Source: an uncultured delta proteobacterium
Lineage (GTDB): Bacteria; Myxococcota_A; Polyangia; Fen-1088
Direction: 5' to 3'
NCBI GenBank assembly: GCA_963737265.1
Contig: CAVTRY010000012.1
Location: forward strand, 160,001 to 224,000
DNA length: 64,000 nucleotides
The notes below the pieces were generated by a model. It was given only the letters and a program-made list of their open reading frames with translations, searched no databases and had not been told where the DNA came from. The translations under genes were made by a program, and so were the position numbers. This document shows, in pieces, positions 1-8,967 of this stretch (positions are counted from its first letter, which is position 1; each line of letters opens with the position of its first letter).

Positions 1-2
1 AC

Positions 3-689
3 CAGATCCTGTCCAAGATTCCCGACCATGCCCGGCGCGTGGGCCTGGTGGGCGCAGCGGTCACCGATCACCCTCGCCTGCCGGCTATTCTGCGTGCGCT
101 CATCGACTCGGGTCGTTCCATCGGCGTGTCCAGCTTGCGCGCCGATCGCCTGAACGACGAATTGGTGGGCTTGCTCGCGGCCGGCGGCTACCGGACCCTG
201 ACCACTGCCTCCGACGGCGCATCGCAAGCCATGCGCGACCGAATCACGCGCGGAACCAGTGAGGAGAATCTGCGCAACGCCGCCCGCCTGTGCCGCGCCC
301 ACAAGATGGTCGCGCTCAAGCTCTACATGATGCTGGGCCTGCCCGGCGAAACCATGGTCGATGTGGAGGACCTGATCCGCTTCGCGCTGGAGTTGGCCGA
401 CATCGCACCCCGGCTGATCGTCACCATCGCGCCCTTCGTTGCCAAGCGGAACACGCCACTTGACCGCTCGCCGTTCGAAGACATCGCCATCTTGGAGTCC
501 AAGTTGTCTCGCCTGCGCACGGCCCTGCGCGGCCGCGTGAGGCTGGTGGGCGAATCGCCGAAATGGGCATGGATCGAATATCGCTTAGCCCAAGGCGGTT
601 TCGCGGAAGGCCTGGCGGCGGTGGCCGCCGCGCGCGCCGGCGCCGGCTTCGCCGCCTGGAGATCCGCGTTCGCCGCCGCGCCCGCCTGA
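3..689 (+). CDS. Radical SAM protein, C-terminal part (5' partial)
   Basis: Frame is open from the window edge. SSLRAD, LKLYMMLGLPGET and PFVAKRNTP segments resemble the radical SAM barrel C-half. The CxxxCxxC motif is outside the window. Confidence 0.75.
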   Translation, partial: QILSKIPDHARRVGLVGAAVTDHPRLPAILRALIDSGRSIGVSSLRADRLNDELVGLLAAGGYRTLTTASDGASQAMRDRITRGTSEENLRNAARLCRAHKMVALKLYMMLGLPGETMVDVEDLIRFALELADIAPRLIVTIAPFVAKRNTPLDRSPFEDIAILESKLSRLRTALRGRVRLVGESPKWAWIEYRLAQGGFAEGLAAVAAARAGAGFAAWRSAFAAAPA

Positions 690-719
690 CGCCTGACCAT
701 GCGGCGTCACCATGGAGGC

Positions 720-1298
720 GGGTGCCTCCCTGAAACGGGGGCCCCAGCCGGGGGCTCGGTGAGGTAGCAACTTCTGGCGGAGTGCCGCCGAAAACGCAGA
801 TATGGAACAGCGAGGAACGGAGAAACAGAGACAGGATGACTTTACTGGGCAAATTATCGCCGCCTGCATCGAAGTCCACCGTCACCTCGGTCCCGGGCTG
901 CTTGAGTCGGCCTACGAGCACTGCCTGGCGCGCGAGCTAGGCCTGCGTGGATTTCGCACTCAACACCAGGTCGCGATTCCTCTGCAGTACAAAGGACTTG
1001 ACCTCGACTGCGGCTATCGCCTCGACCTCATGGTGGAAGGCCGTTTGGTCGTCGAAGTCAAGGCGGTAGAGCAGTTGCTTCCTGTCCACTTGGCACAGGT
1101 CATTACCTATCTCAAGCTCCTACGACTGCCGGTGGGCCTGCTCGTCAATTTCCACGTCCCCGTACTTCGCGAGGGTCTCCGCCGCCTCGTCAACCCAACC
1201 CGTGATTCCTCTGGTCCTCCGTTCCTCCCTGTTTTTCCCTCCGATCCCACCTGCGCGGGGCGAGGTGAAGCCACAGCCCCCATTTCAGGGAAGCACCC
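720..1298. mobile_element. 579-bp non-autonomous element carrying a GxxExxY gene
   Basis: TIRs at 720-742 (GGGTGCCTCCCTGAAACGGGGGC) and 1276-1298 match 21/23. They are directly flanked by the 9-bp direct repeat CATGGAGGC (711-719, 1299-1307). No transposase inside. Confidence 0.85.
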
Positions 1299-1404
1299 CA
1301 TGGAGGCGTCAGCGAGGCGCTACCGCGAAAATCGTGATACAAAGGAGCCCCACCGAGGAGGCTATCGATGCGCGCATTGGAACGAACGGTTGCTTTGTCC
1401 CTAG
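802..1404 (+). CDS. GxxExxY protein (PD-(D/E)XK nuclease superfamily)
   Basis: LGPGLLESAY signature, YRLDLMVE..VVEVKAV, QVITYLKL and GLLVNF. The domain ends near 1195 and the frame reads through the element end to 1404. Confidence 0.92.
   Translation: MEQRGTEKQRQDDFTGQIIAACIEVHRHLGPGLLESAYEHCLARELGLRGFRTQHQVAIPLQYKGLDLDCGYRLDLMVEGRLVVEVKAVEQLLPVHLAQVITYLKLLRLPVGLLVNFHVPVLREGLRRLVNPTRDSSGPPFLPVFPSDPTCAGRGEATAPISGKHPMEASARRYRENRDTKEPHRGGYRCAHWNERLLCP
806..1233. repeat. Inner inverted repeat pair bracketing the GxxExxY domain
   Basis: 806-830 AACAGCGAGGAACGGAGAAACAGAG versus 1209-1233 CTCTGGTCCTCCGTTCCTCCCTGTT, 22/25 reverse-complement match. Confidence 0.8.
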
Positions 1405-2312
1405 TTTTGCTTCTAGCCAGCGTTCTCGCACCGAGAGCCGAGGCGCAAACGGCCCTGGATCCGCAGTATCCAGCGCAGCAGCCCGGCTATCAGCAAGCGC
1501 CCCAGCCGGCCGCGCCGCCGCAGGGCTACACGCCCCCGCAGAGTTACCCCCAGCCGCAAGCTTACCCCCAGCAAAGCTATCCCCAGCAGCAAGCGTATCC
1601 ACAACAGGGTTACCCGCAACCGCAGCCCTACCCGCAGCAAGCCTATCCACAACAAGGCTACCCCCAACAAAGCGCGCCTCCGCCAGGGTACTACGCACCG
1701 CCGCCCGGATATGGCCCACCACCAGGCTATGCGCCACCGCCGAGCTATGCGCCGCCGCCCACGGGTCCCGCCTACCGCCGCGGATTGCTCTTCCTCCCGT
1801 ATCTCGGCTTCAACACCGTGGTGGGCAGCGGTTCGGATGGCTATTCAACCGGCCTTCGCCTGGGCGGTCTGCTTGGTTTCAACCTGGGTGCCGCTCCGAT
1901 TTCGCTCAATGGCGAAATGACCCTCGATATCATGAACCCCACTTCTAGCTCATACAGCGGCGACACGACCGAAGTTTACGTGGACTTTGCTTTCAGCCCT
2001 CTTTTCCACTTTGGAACCCCTCAAATCGAGCTCGTGATAGGACCCAAGCTGGGCTTCTTTGGCGAGTCATTCACCAACAGTTACGCCGGGTCTGACTACA
2101 AACAGAGCGGGAGTGGAGTGGCGTATGGCCTCAACGCCGGTGTGTTCGTTCCACTTGGCAGGGTGGCCATCGGCGGTATGCTCAACTTCACCGGCCACCA
2201 CTTCTCAAGCTACTGCTACACGGACCCAGGATATTCCGAAGTCTGCGGCGACGCGCCATCAGGCACACCCGAAGTCAAGATCATCGGCTTCAACGCGGCT
2301 CTGCTCTACTAG
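1368..2312 (+). CDS. Secreted protein with Pro/Gln/Tyr-rich repeats and a C-terminal outer-membrane beta-barrel
   Basis: Signal peptide ending AEA-Q, (QQ[A/G]YPQ)n and (PPP[G/S]Y)n repeats, amphipathic strands and a terminal aromatic residue. GAGGAG SD upstream. Confidence 0.75.
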   Translation: MRALERTVALSLVLLLASVLAPRAEAQTALDPQYPAQQPGYQQAPQPAAPPQGYTPPQSYPQPQAYPQQSYPQQQAYPQQGYPQPQPYPQQAYPQQGYPQQSAPPPGYYAPPPGYGPPPGYAPPPSYAPPPTGPAYRRGLLFLPYLGFNTVVGSGSDGYSTGLRLGGLLGFNLGAAPISLNGEMTLDIMNPTSSSYSGDTTEVYVDFAFSPLFHFGTPQIELVIGPKLGFFGESFTNSYAGSDYKQSGSGVAYGLNAGVFVPLGRVAIGGMLNFTGHHFSSYCYTDPGYSEVCGDAPSGTPEVKIIGFNAALLY

Positions 2313-2338
2313 CGCTGCTGGCCATACACGAGTCCCAT

Positions 2339-2358
2339 GAGGCCGCTGCGGCGGCCTC
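2339..2358 (+). terminator. Possible intrinsic terminator hairpin
   Basis: GAGGCCGC-TGCG-GCGGCCTC stem-loop after the gene ending at 2312. The T-tract is weak. Confidence 0.3.
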
Positions 2359-2397
2359 TGTGCTTTCTGGGGCGGCTGTGCTCAACTAGCAGGGTCG

Positions 2398-3675
2398 ATG
2401 CGGCGGACGCTGTTCCAGATCAAGGCGATTCTCGAGGGTGCCATGCCGTCGGGTGAGATGGCTGCGGTCATCTCGCGGCGGGCGCGCGCCGGGGTCTACG
2501 TTTCCCGGTTGTTCCTGCGCATCATCAAGCAGTGGGTGCGCGATCGCTGTCCGCAGCAAGCGGCGGCCCTGACCTACCAGACCACGCTGTCGCTGGTGCC
2601 GCTGCTCGCCCTGGTTTTCGCGGGGCTGAACCAGGCGCACAACCTTGAAGTCCAATCGAGCCTCGTCGATTTCATCTCGACGCGGATCTTGCCCGACATG
2701 GATGGCGTGGTCGACCACCTGCAGACGTTCTCGGACAAAGTGGCGACCGGTGCGGCAGGCGGGCTGGGACTCGCCTTCACCCTCGGTACCTGCTTTTACC
2801 TCTTCTTCACCATCGAGGGCACGTTCAACACCATCTGGCGCGTGGCCGCGCCGCGCACGCTCGTGCGCAAGTTCATGATCTTCTACCCGGTGGTGACGTT
2901 ACTTCCCGTGCTGGCCGGAGCCTACCTCTACTGGTCGGGCAAGCTCATCGGCAGCCAATCTGCCGCGCGTTTCCTCGGACCACTTTCGATTCAGTTCCTG
3001 GCGCTTTTCCTCATCAACTGGCTGCTGCCGAACATCCGCGTGCGCTGGTTTGCCGCCTTGACCGGAGCGCTCACGACGGGCCTCGCCCTCGAAGCCTTGA
3101 AATGGGGATTCGTCCATTTCGCAAAACGAGCACTGCTCGCGAGTTACGGCGGCGTGTACGGCCCGCTGGCCCTGGTACCGCTCATGCTGCTGTGGATCTA
3201 CATTTCATGGTGGCTGGTGTTGCTCGGTGCCGAACTCGCCCATTCCATCCAGAACCTCAAGTTGCTCGAAGCGGAAGAGCGGCGACAAGTCGGAGAGGAG
3301 CCCATCAACGGATTGGTCGCGGCGCAGCTTCTGGCCTTGGTCGCCGCAAACTACGAGAACGGCGGACACGGCATCGACCGCGCCACCTTGAGCAGAGAAT
3401 TCGGACTGTCGATCGACGCCATCGACCGCATCGCCGCCCGCCTCAGAATGCGCGGTCTCCTGGCCCAGGTCGCCGGCGACCGCGAAGGTTTCATCCCCGG
3501 ACGTCCCGCCAGCCGCATTGCGCTCGACGATGTGTTGTCCGCCTTCCGCGCCACCGATCTGCAGGTAGCCCAAGGCACGACGTCGCTGGCTTTGGAATCG
3601 CTGATTCGCGAGCTCGAAGAAGCGCGCAGGGCCCGCATCGGCGCCACCACCATCGCGGACTTGATGCCGAGGTGA
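2398..3675 (+). CDS. YihY/BrkB family inner-membrane protein with C-terminal winged-helix domain
   Basis: AAALTYQTTLSLVP, IEGTFNTIW and YGGVYGPLALVPLMLLWIYISW motifs, plus an Rrf2-like tail. Confidence 0.88.
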   Translation: MRRTLFQIKAILEGAMPSGEMAAVISRRARAGVYVSRLFLRIIKQWVRDRCPQQAAALTYQTTLSLVPLLALVFAGLNQAHNLEVQSSLVDFISTRILPDMDGVVDHLQTFSDKVATGAAGGLGLAFTLGTCFYLFFTIEGTFNTIWRVAAPRTLVRKFMIFYPVVTLLPVLAGAYLYWSGKLIGSQSAARFLGPLSIQFLALFLINWLLPNIRVRWFAALTGALTTGLALEALKWGFVHFAKRALLASYGGVYGPLALVPLMLLWIYISWWLVLLGAELAHSIQNLKLLEAEERRQVGEEPINGLVAAQLLALVAANYENGGHGIDRATLSREFGLSIDAIDRIAARLRMRGLLAQVAGDREGFIPGRPASRIALDDVLSAFRATDLQVAQGTTSLALESLIRELEEARRARIGATTIADLMPR

Positions 3676-3747
3676 TGCGGCCGACTTCATCACCAGCATG
3701 ACCGATCGCTGCGGGGCGGCGGGCCGGTCGCAAGTCACGTCGCGTCG

Positions 3748-5329
3748 TTACTGTGACATCAGGATGGGGTACTTCTCCGCTATGTAGGCAAAGACATTGT
3801 TGCCCGAGTTCGTGATCTGGGAATCGGGCCACGGGCCGGTTGCGCTTGCATTGGTCGTAAAAACAGAGGACGTCTCGGTATTGGTTTCAACCGCCCAGTT
3901 ATTGGAACTGATGAGATTCTGATCCAGGTACTCCCACCACTTGTTCACTTCGCTCACGTTAAAGGTGCCATTCCCATTGGCCGAGACCCCACCGTATTCG
4001 GTCACCCAAATGAGCTGCTTTGCGTTCAAACATTTGTCGATATAGCCCTTGAAGCTTGCGAGCGGGTGGCTATTCGCGTAGAAGTGAACGACATACCCCA
4101 CGTTGGTCGTACTCGTGATCGGGTTGGCGCAGGCTTCATCGGGGCGCTGGTCCCATTGGCGGTTACCGGAAAGAAAGATGTTGTCCGGGTCGATGGGCCT
4201 TACCGCCGCGATGATCTGCTCCATATAGGACTTGATATCGGTCCAGGAATTAGTCGTCGGCTCGTTCCAAGGCTCGTAGATGATGTTGGGCGTGTTGCCG
4301 TAGTCTTTGGCGAGTTGCACATAGAAGGCCTTTGCGCTATTTACGTCGGGACTGTCGAACACGTGCCAATTGGGTATGCAGTAGATGCCGTTCGCGATGC
4401 AGGCGTCCATCACGGTCTTTATCCGACCGTACTGTGACGGATAGTTGGCGGCCAAAAGTGGCACGCGAAGCGACGGACACTTCTTCTGTCCCGTTCCTGT
4501 CCCGGCAAGGTTCTTGACTGCGTCTGCGTTGTAGAACTGCCTCCCCGCCTGCGACCAGTCATACATCGACATCGAAGCCATTTGAATGGGCCTGCCACAC
4601 TGATTGACGAGTTTGCCCCCTTCGATACGGAGTTTTCCATGCCTGGCGACTGGTGTCGTCGTTGCATCGCACTGGCCGGGGTTGATGACGATCGCACCAC
4701 CGGTCGCTGTCGCACCGCCGGCTGAGGTCGTCCCGCCCGTGCCCGTCCTGCCGCCTGAGCCTGTCGCGCCGCCGGTTGTCGCCGCGTCGCCAACGCCTGT
4801 CGCACCGCCTGCGCCTGCATCCCTGGCACCGCCACCTCCCGATCCGGTGGCACCACCGGAGGCAACCGAGCCCACGTTCGTCGTACCACCGTTCGTCGTA
4901 CCACCGGTACCGCTGGTTCCCCCAGGGCCATCGCATCATCCTACATCGACGCAGGATCCATCAGAGTCTCGGCCATTTCTGGAAGGTTTTCCCCTGGGGT
5001 CGGTGCGCGCGCCGGTGTGCAGGCAGGTTCGGCAGCGCGCACGGGCGCGGAGACCGGCATAACTATCGGCATCTCCGCAAGATCACTTACAATTTAGATG
5101 CGTTGGCCCTGCTGGTTCCCCCTAGGCTGCTCCCGCCCGACGAGCTGGTCCCGGCCGAGCTTCCACCGGACGCCCTCGCGTCTCCCGCTCCAGTCGTGCC
5201 CCCGGCCGCGATCGCGCCACCACCGCCCCCGGCCCCTCCCGAGCCTCCGATCTTTACACTGCCGACATTGTCCGTCGAGCACGCGGCATAGGCGATCCAG
5301 AGAACGGAGAGGATCCAGCATACCTTCAT
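3748..5329 (-). pseudogene. GH5 endoglucanase lipoprotein interrupted by a MITE
   Basis: Catalytic WNEP and TEYG motifs in 3748-4875. Lipoprotein signal (MKVCWIL..AAC) and Gly-rich linker at 5329-5112. Removing 4923-5111 plus one TSD copy restores a 460-aa frame. Confidence 0.85.
4923..5111. mobile_element. 189-bp MITE with ISAs1-like ends
   Basis: TIR CAGGGCCA(T/A)CGCATC matches 14/15. 10-bp TSD CTGGTTCCCC at 4913-4922 and 5112-5121. CAGGG ends with a 10-bp DR are typical of the ISAs1 family. Confidence 0.85.
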
Positions 5330-5477
5330 GTTTCTTCCTTGCGTCATTGTTCTCTCAGTGGCTGTTTCTAGCAGCGCACCTGACAGACTATGTGGAAGGG
5401 TCGGCGCGAACTTCTACGTCCCATCGAAGTTGGGCGCGTGCTAAGAGTGCACAATGAGGGGCTGCCCGCTGGCGAGC

Positions 5478-5505
5478 TAAAGTCCGCCGGACATGCGGCC
5501 GATGT
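5478..5505 (+). promoter_or_regulatory. Putative sigma-28 (FliA/SigD) promoter
   Basis: TAAA-N16-GCCGATGT about 75 bp upstream of the MCP gene. Confidence 0.55.
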
Positions 5506-5581
5506 CCAGATCCGGCACAAATGGGCGAGACCGGCTTCGTGGGGATCAATGTCTTAACCGAATCCCCAACCCAGTCGCGCC

Positions 5582-7210
5582 ATGAAACAGGCCAGAATGG
5601 GCGTTAACCGTTCGATCTCAACCTCGATCAGCGTGGCTATTGGCCTGGTGCTGCTGGTCATCCTCGGTTCGGTCTTCGCCCTCCTTCAAATTCAGAACCA
5701 ACGGCGTGCCTTCGATGCGGCTGCGCAGTCCGCGGCCGAGACAAATGCCCTGATTTCATCGGCCATAACCTTTTCGATGAGCCAGGGCGCCCAGGATATT
5801 GGCCCCCTGGTGGCTTCCTTGAGAAGCATCCGCACGCTCAAACAGATACGACTTACGCCCGCCGATGCGGTTCATGCCGGTGGCGAGATGGAGCTGGACG
5901 CGGCCGAGAAGGCGGCGTTCGCGTCCCGGCAGGAGGCATTTCTGCACGAAGATTTCGCAGGCGAACCGGTCATCAGAGCCATTCGCCCTATCCTTTCCGA
6001 ACAGAGCTGCCAGGGCTGCCATGACTCGAGGACCGGCGCAACCCTCGGAATCCTGAGCGTCCGCTACTCGCTTGCCGCGACCACGACCGCCGTGGCACAA
6101 CAGCGCTCGATTTCGCTGACGGCGGCGGTCCTTACCATCGCCGTCATCTTCACGCTGATCTGGGTCCTCATCGACCGCAAGGTGATCCGGGGCCTCTTGA
6201 GCCTGGACCGAGTCATGCGTTTGGTAGCTGACGGCGATCTGCAAGCCGAGACGCACATCCAACGCAATGACGAGCTGGGTCGGTTGGCGAGCGCGTTTAG
6301 CAGCATGCGCGAGAACACGAGGACGCTCGTGAGAGACATCTCTGGCAAGACGGTGGCGCTTAACAAGAGCGCGCAGGGAGCCGCCGAAGTTTCCGGCGAT
6401 CTCAGCGAGAGTGCACGCCGGATGAAGGAGAAGTCGAATGCTGTCGCGGCGGCGGCCGACGCGTTGAGTGCGGGTACCACGTTGGTTGCGTCGAACATGG
6501 CCAGCGCGACGGATGAGCTTTCGTGGGTTGCCGCGGCAACCGAGCAGATGAACGCCACCGTGGGCGAGATCGCCGCGAACACGGAGAAGGCGCGCGGCGT
6601 GAGCGGGTCGGCAACCGAACAAAGTAAGCTCGTCGCCAAGTCCATGCAGGTGCTAGGTCAGGCCGCCCGCGAGATTGGCACGGTCACCGAGACCATCATG
6701 AGGATTTCGGCGCAGACCAACCTGCTCGCCCTCAACGCAACCATCGAGGCGGCGCGCGCCGGCAGCGCGGGCAAGGGCTTCGCGGTCGTTGCCAACGAGA
6801 TCAAGACGCTGGCCGAGCAAACCGCTCAGGCCACCCGTGACATCCACCAAAAGATCGATGACATTCAAACCTCGGCGACGAGCGCGGTCGCGGATATCCA
6901 GAAGATCGCCGGGGTGGTCCAGGAACTGGGCAACATCGTGGGCTCGATTGCGGCGGCCATCGGGGAACAGTCAGGCATGACCCGCGACATTTCGGAAAAC
7001 ATCGCGCGGGCTATCCACGGCGTGAAGAAAGCAAGCCATGCCGTTGGCGAAACGGCTTCGAACAGCAAGACCATCGCCACGGACATCGCAGGTGTCAACG
7101 TGACCGCGCAAGACCTCTCGTCGGCGAGCACCAAAATGAGCAGCAGCGCCGTCGAGCTCAAAGGGCTTGCCTCGCAACTCGAAGGGATGACCAAGAGATT
7201 CAAGGTGTGA
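5582..7210 (+). CDS. Methyl-accepting chemotaxis protein with heme-c (CxxCH) periplasmic sensor
   Basis: Two TM helices, CQGCH, a HAMP domain and [27 protein letters not shown]. Confidence 0.95.
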   Translation: MKQARMGVNRSISTSISVAIGLVLLVILGSVFALLQIQNQRRAFDAAAQSAAETNALISSAITFSMSQGAQDIGPLVASLRSIRTLKQIRLTPADAVHAGGEMELDAAEKAAFASRQEAFLHEDFAGEPVIRAIRPILSEQSCQGCHDSRTGATLGILSVRYSLAATTTAVAQQRSISLTAAVLTIAVIFTLIWVLIDRKVIRGLLSLDRVMRLVADGDLQAETHIQRNDELGRLASAFSSMRENTRTLVRDISGKTVALNKSAQGAAEVSGDLSESARRMKEKSNAVAAAADALSAGTTLVASNMASATDELSWVAAATEQMNATVGEIAANTEKARGVSGSATEQSKLVAKSMQVLGQAAREIGTVTETIMRISAQTNLLALNATIEAARAGSAGKGFAVVANEIKTLAEQTAQATRDIHQKIDDIQTSATSAVADIQKIAGVVQELGNIVGSIAAAIGEQSGMTRDISENIARAIHGVKKASHAVGETASNSKTIATDIAGVNVTAQDLSSASTKMSSSAVELKGLASQLEGMTKRFKV

Positions 7211-7214
7211 CTCA

Positions 7215-7377
7215 AGACGTGTCTATCAATCGCAGACCGAGCCCCGGCCGAGCGAGCAAGCCCGCCCGCGAGGCGCGACGAGCGCGCATAGCGCGGGCTA
7301 TGTAAGCGAGGAGCAAGCAACGAAGCGGGCGGGATGCGCAGCCGGACGGGCGACGGGAGCGATTGATGGACACGTCT
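7215..7377. mobile_element. 163-bp MITE with structured core
   Basis: TIR AGACGTGTC(T/C)ATCAATCGC matches 18/19. 3-bp TSD TCA at 7212-7214 and 7378-7380. The core is shared with the 22745-22909 element. Confidence 0.8.
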
Positions 7378-7383
7378 TCAGGC

Positions 7384-8841
7384 CTACTGCGGCTGGGTCA
7401 TCGGCACGCCGCTCTGATCGCAGGAATAGAACGAGTTGTAAAGGCCCTGGGCCGTGAGCCCTTGACCGGTAACGTGATCCCGGAAGGCACAGCTTGGCAT
7501 GCAGCAGTCCTGCATGGTCGAGGTCCACAGCCGCGTGCCGCCGCCGGATTTCGATCGGAAGGCGGAATTCGCCGCAGCCTGAGCCGCGGTCGTCACGTTC
7601 GGGTTGACCGCGGGAAGCCCCTGGGGGGCCAGCTTGCAGCCGGTGAGATCGGTCAGGTGCGACGGGCACTCCACCTTCATCGCCCAGACGTTCCAGTTGA
7701 GGTGATAGTAGGTCTGCGGATTGTTCGACTGAATGCAGGAGCGAATCGAATCGGCCGTCGTGGTCGCCGAGGGCGCCGCGATCATGTCGCACTCGGTGGC
7801 AATCTTGCTCTGACAGGCCGGGGTCGAGAGACTTGCCGTGGTAACCCAACTGACAGAGGTCTTGCATTCGCTGTATTTTGTGGCCCCCTTGACCCCGCCG
7901 TTATCGGCGCCGTCAGGCGGGAAGCTGGTGTAGATATATTCGCCGGATACGGCTTGCGGCGAGCCCTTCGGATCGCAGGCATTGTTCGCGCCAAAGCCTC
8001 CCGCGGCCATGAAGACGTCGAAGCTGTCGGTCGTGGCGCCCATGTTGAAGCTCTGCACGACGAGCGGTGGCGGCAAGGGCTGAATCGCGGACTGATTGTT
8101 GTTCGGGTCGTCGGGATTGACCAGGGCTTGACGATCGTTTTGCGACGGAGAGTCGTACACGAGCTGATAGCATTGACAGCAGGCGCTTGAGGCGGTGCCG
8201 TCAATGCCGCCCTGATCGGCATCGTGGCCGACGATCGCGTAGTTGAAAGCCGTGTTTCCGTCTAGGTTGGCGGCCTGTTTCATAGCGTCGCTGAACAACA
8301 TCCATTGCGGGCAGATGAAGGCCACCGGCATGTTCGGCTTGCTCGCGGGGGTGTCCTGGCAAGCATTCACGAAGGATGTGCAATTGCCGCCGCAGGTGCT
8401 GCTGGCCTGTCCCGTCACGCATCCCTCGTCCTGAGTCGCGAACTTGTTTCCGCATTGCCTGGGCGGCGGCAGGGTTGTCCACGTCCCGCTCGTGGCGCCG
8501 CCTGCGCTCGTGGCGCCGCCTGCGCTCGTGGTGCCGCCTGCGGCGACGCCGCCGGTTCCGATCGTGCCGCCCTTCGAGCCGCTGCTGCCGCCTGCATTCG
8601 CTCCGCCCGCAAGGACGCTGCCCCCGGAGGCGCTTGTCGCAGTGCCGCCGGAAGCCACGATTCCACCGTTCGCCGAGGTGGCTCCCCCGGCCGGTCCCGA
8701 GCTGCCCCCCACAGAGCCGCCCGCGCCTCCTAATCCCGAGCCTCCCGACCCCATGGACGGCTCTTTGGGGCCAGCGCAGCCAAGCGTCGTGGCAACGGCC
8801 AGGGCGAGCAATCCAGTCATACGCGTGAGTCGAGACAGCAT
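7384..8841 (-). CDS. GH45-like endoglucanase lipoprotein, circularly permuted
   Basis: Lipobox LGC and Gly/Thr/Ser linker. CCQCYQL, VVQSFN..SFDVFMAAGGFG and VECP..LTGC motifs come first, then TSTMQDCCMPSC at the C-terminus. Confidence 0.8.
   Translation of the reverse strand: MLSRLTRMTGLLALAVATTLGCAGPKEPSMGSGGSGLGGAGGSVGGSSGPAGGATSANGGIVASGGTATSASGGSVLAGGANAGGSSGSKGGTIGTGGVAAGGTTSAGGATSAGGATSGTWTTLPPPRQCGNKFATQDEGCVTGQASSTCGGNCTSFVNACQDTPASKPNMPVAFICPQWMLFSDAMKQAANLDGNTAFNYAIVGHDADQGGIDGTASSACCQCYQLVYDSPSQNDRQALVNPDDPNNNQSAIQPLPPPLVVQSFNMGATTDSFDVFMAAGGFGANNACDPKGSPQAVSGEYIYTSFPPDGADNGGVKGATKYSECKTSVSWVTTASLSTPACQSKIATECDMIAAPSATTTADSIRSCIQSNNPQTYYHLNWNVWAMKVECPSHLTDLTGCKLAPQGLPAVNPNVTTAAQAAANSAFRSKSGGGTRLWTSTMQDCCMPSCAFRDHVTGQGLTAQGLYNSFYSCDQSGVPMTQPQ
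8487..8540. repeat. 18-bp tandem repeat x3 in the GH45 linker
   Basis: CGCTCGTGG(C/T)GCCGCCTG repeated three times, encoding AGG(A/T)TS units. Confidence 0.85.
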
Positions 8842-8967
8842 CCATCCACTCTACCAGCTCAGGGTGAACGCGGTCACTCTCCGAAGGGACTTCCAAGCGC
8901 GGAAAGAACGTTCATCTCCCCGTTCCTAGTGGTATGCGGTAAACTGCACCCAAAAGGGAGACGCTAA

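Noticed and set aside
1500-1760. Repetitive DNA considered as a possible CRISPR or other array
   Set aside because: Codon-degenerate repeats encoding QQxYPQ/PPPGY, with no spacer structure and no cas genes.
4936-4938. In-frame TGA upstream of the GH5 domain, next to Cys codons (possible selenocysteine or readthrough)
   Set aside because: It lies inside the 4923-5111 MITE, and the TSD and TIR explain the break.
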